A stretch of 60,162 nucleotides of DNA from a virus (taxonomy: Duplodnaviria > Caudoviricetes). The notes below the pieces were generated by a model. The model saw nothing but the letters and a program-made list of their open reading frames with translations. It did no database searches and was not told the origin of the DNA. The position numbers and the translations under genes are program-made. Every line of letters begins with the position of its first letter. The stretch's first letter is position 1. Positions 48,274 through 57,100 of the stretch are shown in pieces. Where the stretch lies: IMG/VR virus record IMGVR_UViG_3300035703_000098, positions 1-60,162 of that record, one strand, 5' to 3'.

Positions 48274-48592
48274 GCTCGCGTATGTATGCCACAAATGCAA
48301 TCAGCAGTCCGACGCACTCTGTCTCTGTGAGGCTACCTGTGACCGGCAGCCGGAACGCCGATCGAACTGCCGCCACGGTCCGCTGGAGTGCCGCGTCTCG
48401 CTCCTGATGCGTGAGAGCGCTGCTGATCCAGATCGGGTCTTTCGACCAGTCAAACGGCGGAGAATTCATTAACGTGCGAATGACTTCGATCGGATCAATG
48501 GTCCGAATTTCGCGACCATTCCAGTACCGATAAACAGCACGTTCCCGCTCTGCACGTTTGCGTCTGATCCTGTTGAACAGCCAGCCGAGCAT
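48125..48592 (-). CDS. Tail assembly chaperone (gpG-like)
   Basis: Between tail tube and tape measure; slippery CAA AAA AAA AGT followed by a low-complexity Ser/Pro tail. Confidence 0.75.
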   Translation of the reverse strand: MLGWLFNRIRRKRAERERAVYRYWNGREIRTIDPIEVIRTLMNSPPFDWSKDPIWISSALTHQERDAALQRTVAAVRSAFRLPVTGSLTETECVGLLIAFVAYIREQKKSGNLLLTSLLNTAQEPSPSTSDPIPNSDSDSGSTSNASSIAEPCPS

Positions 48593-48696
48593 GTCTGATC
48601 GCCTTTCAGACAGTTCGAGAAAGGAAAACAGCCGGAGTTGCCGAAGAACCGACAACCCCGGCCGCCGAAGGAAGGGCTGCGCCCATCACACACTCG

Positions 48697-49188
48697 TCAT
48701 GTGGTCGTCGCGTTGTAGAGCGTCATCGTTCCGGACACGTCCACCGCATGTGCTTCCCACGTCATCGGAATGCGAGTCGCTCTGGTACCGGCCGGGATCT
48801 TCATCCCTCGCCACGGAGCCGCGAGCAGATAGTTGCGCGGGACCGAAGTGGAATGCAGCAGCAGGCGGAACCCGTTGTCGCTCAGGAACGTGCCGGGATC
48901 CGCGACTGTGCCTGCCGTTTGCCCGTAAACGTGAGCCAAAACCTTGGCCAGAACTGCGGCATCGAACTTCACCAGCGTGAACTGAATCAGATGGATTGCT
49001 CCGAAGTATTGCACTTCGTCTGGAGGGCCGGCCTGGCCGCCGCGCAGGTCACACTTGATGTCTTCGCGGAAGACCTGATCGTCGATCATGACGCCGTCTT
49101 CGGAGTATCCAAGCAGTTCCAGCGCGTTCGTTGCCCCGGTATCAACCTTGATGGCGACCGGGCCTTTCATTTCGTAAGCGACAGCCAT
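48697..49188 (-). CDS. Major tail (tube) protein
   Basis: LGYSEDGV motif; size; upstream of the chaperone. Confidence 0.75.
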   Translation of the reverse strand: MAVAYEMKGPVAIKVDTGATNALELLGYSEDGVMIDDQVFREDIKCDLRGGQAGPPDEVQYFGAIHLIQFTLVKFDAAVLAKVLAHVYGQTAGTVADPGTFLSDNGFRLLLHSTSVPRNYLLAAPWRGMKIPAGTRATRIPMTWEAHAVDVSGTMTLYNATTT

Positions 49189-49194
49189 GATTCA

Positions 49195-49698
49195 TCACCC
49201 TCTTCGGGGAAAAGTCTGATGCGGGTAGTAATGGTATGTTCGGCTTCTCATCAGGCCGGCTGCTTCCACGCTGGACGGCGTTGCCACCTCACGCGATGGA
49301 ACGCTGGCTTCCAGAGACTCCGTGATGCCGAAGATGTTTTCGCCGCGCCGCAGCCGATCGAGCATGTCATTCGGCCACTGCATCCGTTTCTCAAACTGAT
49401 CTGGATCGAGTCCGCCGCGCCGCTCTTCCAGAAACGTGAACGCAATCTGGCAAACGAGCCGCTTGAGCAGTCCCTGTGGATTACCAGTGAGACCACTCAG
49501 GTCAGCTGCCGAGTACCGCTGACCGGCCAGCAACGCGGCTTCCACCTGACCGGATGCGTCTTCCAGCACCATCAGGAGAATCTCGTTGTCGTCCAGGTCA
49601 GCAGACTCGATCGCTTCATCGGTGTCGCTGGGCAGCTCAAGGAGCGTCCGCACGTCATACCGCTGAGCGAGGTCCGCCGGCGTCGCGTAAGCAGCCAT
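49195..49698 (-). CDS. Head-tail adaptor, Mu gp36 / DUF1320-like
   Basis: MAAYATPADL...DASGQVEAAL..RY...LVCQIA...LDRLRRG; start ATG 49698. Confidence 0.8.
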   Translation of the reverse strand: MAAYATPADLAQRYDVRTLLELPSDTDEAIESADLDDNEILLMVLEDASGQVEAALLAGQRYSAADLSGLTGNPQGLLKRLVCQIAFTFLEERRGGLDPDQFEKRMQWPNDMLDRLRRGENIFGITESLEASVPSREVATPSSVEAAGLMRSRTYHYYPHQTFPRRG

Positions 49699-49709
49699 GC
49701 GGACTCCGA

Positions 49710-50765
49710 TCAGATCACATCGGTGAACAGGAACGACGAAGCCGGAGCAGTGAGCTTGGCCACGCGATGGTCGATCACACGGACTTTCGTGACTCGATTT
49801 TCGGTGTCGTTCTTCACTTCCGTCTGCATGTCGTACCCATCGCTGCCCTGGTAGACGAACAGCGAGCAGGACGAGAACTCCGGCGAACCGTAGAGGCCTT
49901 CCAGCGCCCCGGGACGCGCCAGCAGCATGGCCTTTGCGCCGGTAAGCACATAGGACCGACTGACAGACGACGCGCCCTTTTTGCTGGTCACCATCGTGGT
50001 GTTCTCGACAACCAGCTTGACGCCGTAGAGGTATGGCGGAAGCCCCCATTCGGAGTTGTCCCACAGCGTGCCTTCGATCTGGCCCTTGCTGTGCTGCGAC
50101 CCCTTGAGGTACTCGACGATCTCCTGACATTCAGAGATTTCACTGGCACAGTCGGGACTGATCACCAGCACGAGGTCTTTCTTGCTGACAGCGCTCAGCG
50201 TTGCCTTCTCGATGACCTTCGCCGCATAGTTCAACGACCGCTTGATGTCCTGTCGGGCACTGGTCGAAGCCGCCCACGTCCCGGAGTTACCGGAGATATC
50301 AGCCGCCGCCGAATAGTGACCGGACAGGTAATTGCCAGTCGTGGTCAACATGTCGATGACATGCCGCGTCCGGCTGGTCATGCCCTGCTGGGCCTTGATG
50401 CGGGCGTGCTGATTGACGATGTCCCACGATGCCTGTTCGGCACCGAGATTGCCCAGCCGCGCGCTCCACGCTTTGCGGTCGCAAGTGAACTGTTTGAACT
50501 GGAACGACTCCGTTCCGCCGTTGTCGTCGGGAGCATCTGCGCCATCCGGCCAGGCGTGTTCAACGTCGTTGGCCGACAGAACTCGACCGGCCTCTTCGAC
50601 GGTCATTTCCAGCCAGTAACCGGCCATCTTCGGCGCCGGAATCAGCTTCGTGTACTGATTCAACGCGAATTTGCTGGGGTTGCGGCTGAAATCCACAGTA
50701 AGGCCGCCGCTGGCCTTATGGTCCAGAACGAAGGTGTTATTACCACCCGGAAGAGTCGCAACCAC
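49710..50765 (-). CDS. Major capsid protein
   Basis: ~351 aa from GTG 50765 with GGAG RBS; order protease-cement-MCP-adaptor; LVISP and LYGVKLVV patterns of the HK97 fold. Confidence 0.85.
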   Translation of the reverse strand: MVATLPGGNNTFVLDHKASGGLTVDFSRNPSKFALNQYTKLIPAPKMAGYWLEMTVEEAGRVLSANDVEHAWPDGADAPDDNGGTESFQFKQFTCDRKAWSARLGNLGAEQASWDIVNQHARIKAQQGMTSRTRHVIDMLTTTGNYLSGHYSAAADISGNSGTWAASTSARQDIKRSLNYAAKVIEKATLSAVSKKDLVLVISPDCASEISECQEIVEYLKGSQHSKGQIEGTLWDNSEWGLPPYLYGVKLVVENTTMVTSKKGASSVSRSYVLTGAKAMLLARPGALEGLYGSPEFSSCSLFVYQGSDGYDMQTEVKNDTENRVTKVRVIDHRVAKLTAPASSFLFTDVI

Positions 50766-50784
50766 GGCTTTTTCTCCAGTCCAC

Positions 50785-50865
50785 AAAAAAGAAAAACCCG
50801 CGACCGAGTGCATTCACACTCAGGCGCGGGTTCTGTTGGTCAGTCACCCGAAAGAATCAGATTGT
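50785..50865 (-). promoter_or_regulatory. Conserved RNA leader + intrinsic terminator, copy B (before the MCP)
   Basis: ACAATCTGATT-N6-GGTGACTGACCAACAG, then hairpin AACCCGCG...CGCGGGTT, then TTTCTTTTTT. Confidence 0.8.
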
Positions 50866-50878
50866 GAGAGTCAGTCGA

Positions 50879-51298
50879 TTACGCGGCCGGAACGGTACGA
50901 GTAGACGGACGCAGCTCCATGCGGGCGTATTCGCCTTCCGACGCCGTTTCGAGCGCCTTGCCACCAAGGTTCCGCACCGTGCCGGCAGTCGTAGCGGCAA
51001 TGACCGCCTGGCCGTCTGCGTCCGACTCAACGTCCGACCCGTAGGTCACGCCGCCGGAACCAACGCGGATCAGCACGATCTCGCCCGGTGTGTGATGCAC
51101 GTTGAGTGCTTCACCGCTTTGTGCGGCCTGAGGCGGATCGGCCGTTTCGCTCGGAATCGGAACCACGCGGCTGAATTCCTGCGAGACACCGTAGATCGAC
51201 TCGTTCGCATCGCATTCGGCGACGGAGAAGTTTCCACTCAATTTGACGAAGCGACTCACTCGAATCGTCCCGGTCGCAACATGGGCACCAGTCGGCAT
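50879..51298 (-). CDS. Capsid cement / decoration protein (DUF2190-like)
   Basis: 139 aa; RFVKL, GDV-like GSDVESDADGQA and GKALETA motifs; immediately upstream of the MCP. Confidence 0.75.
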   Translation of the reverse strand: MPTGAHVATGTIRVSRFVKLSGNFSVAECDANESIYGVSQEFSRVVPIPSETADPPQAAQSGEALNVHHTPGEIVLIRVGSGGVTYGSDVESDADGQAVIAATTAGTVRNLGGKALETASEGEYARMELRPSTRTVPAA

Positions 51299-51310
51299 GT
51301 TCCGTTCCTC

Positions 51311-51392
51311 AAAAAGAAAGAGCCTGTGCTGAATGCTGTTGTTTGCACTCAGCACAGGCTCTGTTGGTCAGTCACCTGTGAAATCAGATTGT
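51311..51392 (-). promoter_or_regulatory. Conserved RNA leader + intrinsic terminator, copy A (before the cement gene)
   Basis: ACAATCTGATT-N5-GGTGACTGACCAACA, then 17-bp hairpin GAGCCTGTGCTGAGTGC/GCATTCAGCACAGGCTC, then TTTCTTTTT. Confidence 0.8.
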
Positions 51393-51407
51393 CTGTAAGC
51401 GAGCCGC

Positions 51408-53075
51408 TCAGATCCGGCCGGCAATCGCATCCTCAACCAGCTTGTTGTAATCCGCCGGTCGGCCCGCCTGCACTTCGGCGCGGTACTTCTCCATCGCCCT
51501 CTTCGCGTATCGAGCCATCTTCGGGTTGCCCGGCTGCGACAAATCCCCGCCGGAACTTTCCGTCTTCTTCGGCCGCTCAACCGGCAAATCGCCAACCTCA
51601 TCAGCCAGCGGCACTCGCACTGAATTTCGCTCCAGAGACTTCGCATACCGTTCAAACTGAACATCGTCGAAGTCTTCACTGAGTTGAGCACATTCGTCGA
51701 TGTCGATCTGGTGGCCCTTCTTACGAAGTGCAGCCAGCGTCGCACGGCGGTAATGCTCCTTTTTCTCGCCGCCCACTTTCGCGAGCTGCTGCTTCAGCCG
51801 GGCATTCTCAGCCTGCAGTGAAGTGATGCGATCCATCAGGACGTCAGGACTGGCGCCGGATTCAGGGCTGACCGCTTCGAGACTTGAGCCAGATGTATCG
51901 CCAGCCGATTCCGTTTCATCGCCGTCATCATCGCCGTCATCAACATCCGACGCCGCTTCAGCCGGGGCCGGAGCTGCTCCTGCCTCGCCTTCACCGCCAT
52001 CCTCTTCATCATCTTCATCGTCGAAGTCCGCCATGACCTGAGAGTCATCGTCGGAGACTTCATCACCGTCCGGCTCGTCATGATCGTCGTCAGTGACTGC
52101 TTCGGTGTCCGCGACATCATCCGGCCCTTTGTCGCCGGCCATCATCGACTTCACGAACTGCACCCACGGCGTTTCTTCCAGAATGTCCGCCGCATACTGA
52201 GCGATCTTGCGAGCATCTTCGTCAGAAAGAGCCATCGAATCCCGTCCTTCTGTTTCCGGCTCATCGGCCGAATACTTTTCGTCTGGAACAAACGTGTTCG
52301 CGCCGCCAGGCATCGCTGCAGCTGCGTACCGCTCAACCTTGATTCCCGATCGCTGCCCCTGTACTCGCGTCGCAGACAACCGCGTGATTCCACGGGCTGC
52401 ATACCTCTCGACAGCGACTTCGTGCTGTGATCCAGACAGTGAATACCGAGCCATACCCAGATCGCGACGGGGACGTTCGGCCCCCAGCGCGGCGATCGGA
52501 TCCATGACCCGGTCTTCCAGTCGCGGAGTCAGCCAGACTTCCGGCGAGCGAGTGCGGTGAGTGTCCAGGATCGGCGCCGCGGATTTGCGGTGCCACTCCA
52601 CCGAAAACACTGCCCAGCGGGGAGCGCCCTCGTTACCAACCTGGCCGAGGTAGAACGGCCCGGAGTAGCCCAGCACTTCAGGCTGCTGATCAGCCGGATC
52701 GTCAGTCGTGTGCCCGTCCGTCAGCGCCGCGTAATTGCCGGTTTTCCGAATGCGATCATTCATGTTCCGAACGATCGCAGACAGCCCCTTGTGTTCGTAG
52801 TGCGTTGTCGAACCGTCGCCATTGCGGGCCACATGCTCGTCAAACACTGCGACCGGAGGCACCATCCGGTACTTCTCTTTCGGCCATTGCCTTCGCCCGG
52901 CCCGCAACAGCGAATCGTTTCCGGATTCAAACCAGACCCGGAACATCTCCGCGTTGCGAGCATCAGTATCGGGAATCTCGCGACTCATCAGAGTGTGGAA
53001 ACGAGTGGCAAACGCAATCTGATCCTCTCCCGGTTTCGGGAGCAGACCGACTCGCGTTGTGATACCTGCTGCCAT
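51408..53075 (-). CDS. Prohead protease-scaffold fusion (Mu gpI/Z-like)
   Basis: DGH, LGY, RSPEV and ALGAERP motifs, followed by an acidic linker and coiled coil; upstream of cement and MCP. Confidence 0.75.
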   Translation of the reverse strand: MAAGITTRVGLLPKPGEDQIAFATRFHTLMSREIPDTDARNAEMFRVWFESGNDSLLRAGRRQWPKEKYRMVPPVAVFDEHVARNGDGSTTHYEHKGLSAIVRNMNDRIRKTGNYAALTDGHTTDDPADQQPEVLGYSGPFYLGQVGNEGAPRWAVFSVEWHRKSAAPILDTHRTRSPEVWLTPRLEDRVMDPIAALGAERPRRDLGMARYSLSGSQHEVAVERYAARGITRLSATRVQGQRSGIKVERYAAAAMPGGANTFVPDEKYSADEPETEGRDSMALSDEDARKIAQYAADILEETPWVQFVKSMMAGDKGPDDVADTEAVTDDDHDEPDGDEVSDDDSQVMADFDDEDDEEDGGEGEAGAAPAPAEAASDVDDGDDDGDETESAGDTSGSSLEAVSPESGASPDVLMDRITSLQAENARLKQQLAKVGGEKKEHYRRATLAALRKKGHQIDIDECAQLSEDFDDVQFERYAKSLERNSVRVPLADEVGDLPVERPKKTESSGGDLSQPGNPKMARYAKRAMEKYRAEVQAGRPADYNKLVEDAIAGRI

Positions 53076-53096
53076 GTCGTTTCACTCGATTAAAAA

Positions 53097-53168
53097 TGGC
53101 GGAGGACAGAATTGAACTGTCTGTCTCCAGCTTATGAGGCTGGCGAGATACCGGTTCTCCACTCCGCG
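53097..53168 (-). tRNA. tRNA-Met(CAT), initiator-like but atypical
   Basis: 72-nt cloverleaf C-GCGGAG/CTCCGC-C-A; D stem GAGA/TCTC; anticodon arm CCAGC-CTCATAA-GCTGG; T-arm GACAG-TTCAATT-CTGTC; CCA not encoded. Confidence 0.88.
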
Positions 53169-53174
53169 TCAGTA

Positions 53175-53861
53175 TCAGTTGTCACCCAGGTTGATCCAGA
53201 TCAGCCGAATCGTCCCGTTCACAGTGATCGTGTCGTTGGCCGAAGACCCGGCATCCGGACACGCGATGTTCAGGTAAGCGTCCGCAGCCGTCGAAGTGCC
53301 ATCCAGCAGGGCAACCGCTGTCGATTCGCCCTTTACGGCTCCTGCGCCGCTCGTCAGCGTGCCGGCCGTGCTGGGAACGATGTTCGCTTCCGTGCTGGTC
53401 AGAGTCGCATTGTCGGTCCCCACAGCCGCGGAGCCAACAGACGCAACGATTGAGGCCGTGTCTGAGATTCCGCCAGCACCGGCTTCGATGGTGAGGTCGG
53501 TCACCGCGCCCAGAACCATGATGTTGCCGGCCGGGAAGTCGTAGACCTTCTGGCTGCCGTGGCTGCCGTTGGTCGTCGCGTCCGTCATCGTGACTTCAAG
53601 GTCTTCGATCGTCAGCACAGTCGTCTGCACACGGGCGCCGCGTTCGTCAGCAGCCACACCGGTCCCCGCTGCCGCGCCGGAGCTGGTCGCTTCCGGTTCC
53701 AGACCGTCCGGCTGAACCCATTCGCCGCTGGCATTGAAGACCAACAGTTTGCCGATCGTAGTGTCGAAGTAGACCGCGCCCACGTTCGCATTGGTCGGGC
53801 GCTGCGCCGTCGTTCCGCAACGATCAGCACCATTCTCGGACCACGGGATCACCTGAATCAT
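53175..53861 (-). CDS. Putative head decoration / virion protein
   Basis: GTTAQRP...GAVYFDTTIGK head-fibre-type motif plus a beta-sandwich (YDFPAGNI..LGA). Confidence 0.7.
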   Translation of the reverse strand: MIQVIPWSENGADRCGTTAQRPTNANVGAVYFDTTIGKLLVFNASGEWVQPDGLEPEATSSGAAAGTGVAADERGARVQTTVLTIEDLEVTMTDATTNGSHGSQKVYDFPAGNIMVLGAVTDLTIEAGAGGISDTASIVASVGSAAVGTDNATLTSTEANIVPSTAGTLTSGAGAVKGESTAVALLDGTSTAADAYLNIACPDAGSSANDTITVNGTIRLIWINLGDN

Positions 53862-53934
53862 ATCACACCATTTCACGCATAACTTGTCAGACCATCAACA
53901 GGCGGAACGCCAGAGTCACGATCCGACCACGAAC

Positions 53935-53953
53935 CGACCACAATCAGCAAGAG
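53935..53953 (-). promoter_or_regulatory. Conserved 19-nt motif, copy 2 (putative late promoter/activator site)
   Basis: 18/19 identical to 5914-5932; intergenic, upstream of the head operon. Confidence 0.5.
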
Positions 53954-53960
53954 ATCATTT

Positions 53961-54161
53961 TCAGAGTTTTTCTGACCGTCTGGTGGATGCGACAATTCGG
54001 ACGGGCACACCGTTCTCAACGAAGACCTGCAGGCCGACTTCGCCAAACCATCCAGACTCGCCGACAGCGACAACTTCGCGCTCCATGGCGCGCAGGATGG
54101 CCGCCATGCGACTGCGACGAACAGCCTCCGGCTCGCCTTCAGCCGGCCTGCGATCAATCAC
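53961..54161 (-). CDS. Small YezD/DUF2292-like protein
   Basis: FGEVGLQVFVENGVPVRI...RRSEKL pattern; start either GTG 54161 or ATG 54107. Confidence 0.5.
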   Translation of the reverse strand: MIDRRPAEGEPEAVRRSRMAAILRAMEREVVAVGESGWFGEVGLQVFVENGVPVRIVASTRRSEKL

Positions 54162-54169
54162 TCTGCCGC

Positions 54170-57100
54170 TCAAAATGGAACCCCCGCCAACTGTTCTGCC
54201 AGCGTGTCGATCGTGGATTCGCGAGACCATGTCTGCGGCCCGTCGAAACCATTCTCATCACCACTGAAATTGTCGAAGTCATCGAATCCGTCACTGTCGC
54301 CGAAATCGTCATCAGCGCTGGCGGACGGCTGCTTTTGCACTCGCTTTGCCGCCTTGCGATCACGCATCAATCGCTCTGCGGCACTGTCTGCCACTTCCTG
54401 CGACCACTCTTTGACCGCTGGCTTTGCGCCCTCGCGAATGAAGTCCCACACTTTCTGCGGGTTCTCAGTATCATCCGGATCGAATCCCAGATGCTGGAAC
54501 GCATAGGCGAATGTGCGAGCGCCCTCATCGAATCCGGGAACCGTCGAATGGTCCCTGTAGGCGTTTTCGATGAACCCCTGCCGGCCGGAGTTCAGGCCAG
54601 TCATCTTCCTGGCTTCCGCGCGAGCCTGTTCAAACAGCAAATGATCCTGAGACATCCGCTGATGCTCTTCCGTCATCGCTCGAAGGACATCACGAGTCGA
54701 AACGCCGGTCGCCCTGGCTGCACTCCGGGCCGCCGCATGCTTCTGCTGAGCTGCGGGAGACTCCAGCTTCTTCAGGTCGGCAGTCTTCATGTCTTTCCCG
54801 GTCTTCCCGGCCGCTTCCGCATGGGCCTGCCGCGCAGCGCGACGATCGCGTGACAGGTCATCTTCGCCGATCAGATCGTTGACATGCTCACCCTTCAGAC
54901 CGGGACAGCCTTTGGTGATCTTGCCGTCACCGTTCACGAACACCGACGAACCGCCGACCTTCTGCCAGCCCGGAGTCCCGTCACCCGGCTGGCGTGCCCT
55001 CTGCGACGTTGCCACTCTCTTCTTGCCCCCGCGAGTCTTTCCAGCTTTCGGATGGCTTTCAGCAGGCGCCGACGGCTTCAGTTCGTAACGCTCTACATGC
55101 ACGGCATCGAAGGCACGACGAAGCATGCCGTAAGGCTCGCGACTGACATCCGAATCCGGCATGGATGGCTTTTCAATTGTGACAAGCCGTGTATTCACAC
55201 CGGTTTTCCGAAACGCCTCATTCGACGCAAACGAACCTTCCGGCAAGTCTTCGGAGACTCCCCCCTGGCCCGTTAACCAGGCGTCGAATTCTTCGCGCTT
55301 TCGGCCACCGCCTGCACTCATGATGGCCACAACGCGGCCACCCGGAGCAAGCAGGGAAAAGGCGTGTTTGACATGTTCGATATCCTGCGCATTCTCAAAC
55401 GGCGGATTCATCACGATGCGGTCATAGCCGCCTTCGGAGTGCTTCAGGAAATCATCGCCAACCAACTTGTGGCCCTTTGCATCCAGCACGCCTCGCAGAT
55501 CACTGTGCGGCTCAATCGCATGTGGTTCAATCGCATCACCGTGCCGCTCTTTGAGCACATCCAGCAGATCACCTTTGCCTGCGGATGGTTCCAGAACTTT
55601 CATGCCCGGACGAATATCAGCCTCGTCAACCAGGCGATTCGCCAATGTCTTCGGAGTGGGAAAGAACCCGTCGATCTTTCTGCCGGCCAGTGCTCGTTCC
55701 GCCGCCTTGATCGGGTCTGTCTGCTGTTTGCCCACCTTGAGAGACTGGTATTCCCGAAGCGCCGCCCGCAATTCGGGCGGGTTCGTGATATCCATTGACC
55801 GCAGTCGCTTCACCTGTTCCAGCCGCCAGTTGAGATCATCTGCAATTCGCTGCCTGTTGCGGTCCGGTGATTTCTTCAGCCGAGACGCCACTGTTTCCAG
55901 CCTGGCAATCTCGTCTGGCTCGCTGAATGTGACCATTTCGCTGTCGGAAGTCGGCGCATCCACCAGATCAAGTTTGTGCCCGCGACTTCCGGCCGCAACG
56001 ATCGCTTCATCCGGAGACTTTGCAAACGTCTTGCCTCCGTCTGCCGTGTAGGCGTGCTCCAGTCCATGCTGCTGCAGTTCGCCTTTCAGTTTCGGATCCG
56101 AACTGCGATGCACTCGGACGGCCTTCCCATCCGGCACGCCGAACAATCGCGTCTTCTTTGACGTAATCAGTTCGCCGCCACTGAATGCCAGCCCATTCCC
56201 CTTCCGCTCAAATCCTTCTTCGGCCTTCTTCTTCAGGCTGGCCGCGATGTTCTTCAGGCCCGGCACGTCGCTGAGTTCGGCTGCATATTTGAGGATGTCA
56301 CTTTTGTGCAGACGCGGATACGGGAACTCCGCATGATCGACGTGCTCCCTTGCCGCCGGTCCATCCAGGATGCTTTCCTCTTCACGCCAGGTCATTCGAT
56401 CCTTGCCGTCTCCGCGCTCCTTCCGCATGTGCCGAACTGTCGCGTACTTCGCCTGATTCAACAGGCTGTCGAGCGTATCGAGATGCGTTCCGTGGCGGAC
56501 TCCAGCCAGATGTTGCAGTTCTCCGCGTTCAAGGTGATCCGCCAGAGTCTGCATCGTCTTTGCCTTCGCGACGCTGGCGTGTGCCCGGCCTTCGATCGAC
56601 GCCGCCATGTCCGCACGACGCGACGTATTCGTCTGACGCTCGCGACCGAGTTCCGCTGTCGCCGCTTCATGGATTGACGCGGCCTTTTCTCGAAGTGATT
56701 CGGATGCGGTCTGCGCCCGGAGTTCTGCTTTTGCGGCCATCTGATCCGATGCGTCCGCACTACCGCCTTCCATCACGCTGACGAACTGACGGCGAGCATC
56801 CTCAGTCGGAAAATGAAACCCGCCAGGCGTGCCGCCATAAGCCTTGTAGTACCATCCGCCCAATCGCCTGGCTGCCGCATTCATCGAATTGTATTCGTCT
56901 GTGCCAACCCGGTTCTTCGGACTCGCGGTGAAGATGTCGTGACCGCGCTTCGAGTGAAAATTCTTCGTCAGATCAAAGCCGCCAACTGAACCGACCGCTG
57001 CCGTCGATGCGGTAACCGTCGCCTTCTTACCGCGTTCAGATTCGCGTCTGGCTGTCGCCCGCAAGTCATCGTAAGTCGCCCGCTGCTCACTGGTCAGTTT

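Noticed and set aside
43853-49188. Contractile (Mu-like) tail or transposable phage, suggested by the DUF935 portal and gp36
   Set aside because: No sheath, baseplate wedge or DDE transposase recognised; integration is by a tyrosine integrase at a tRNA.
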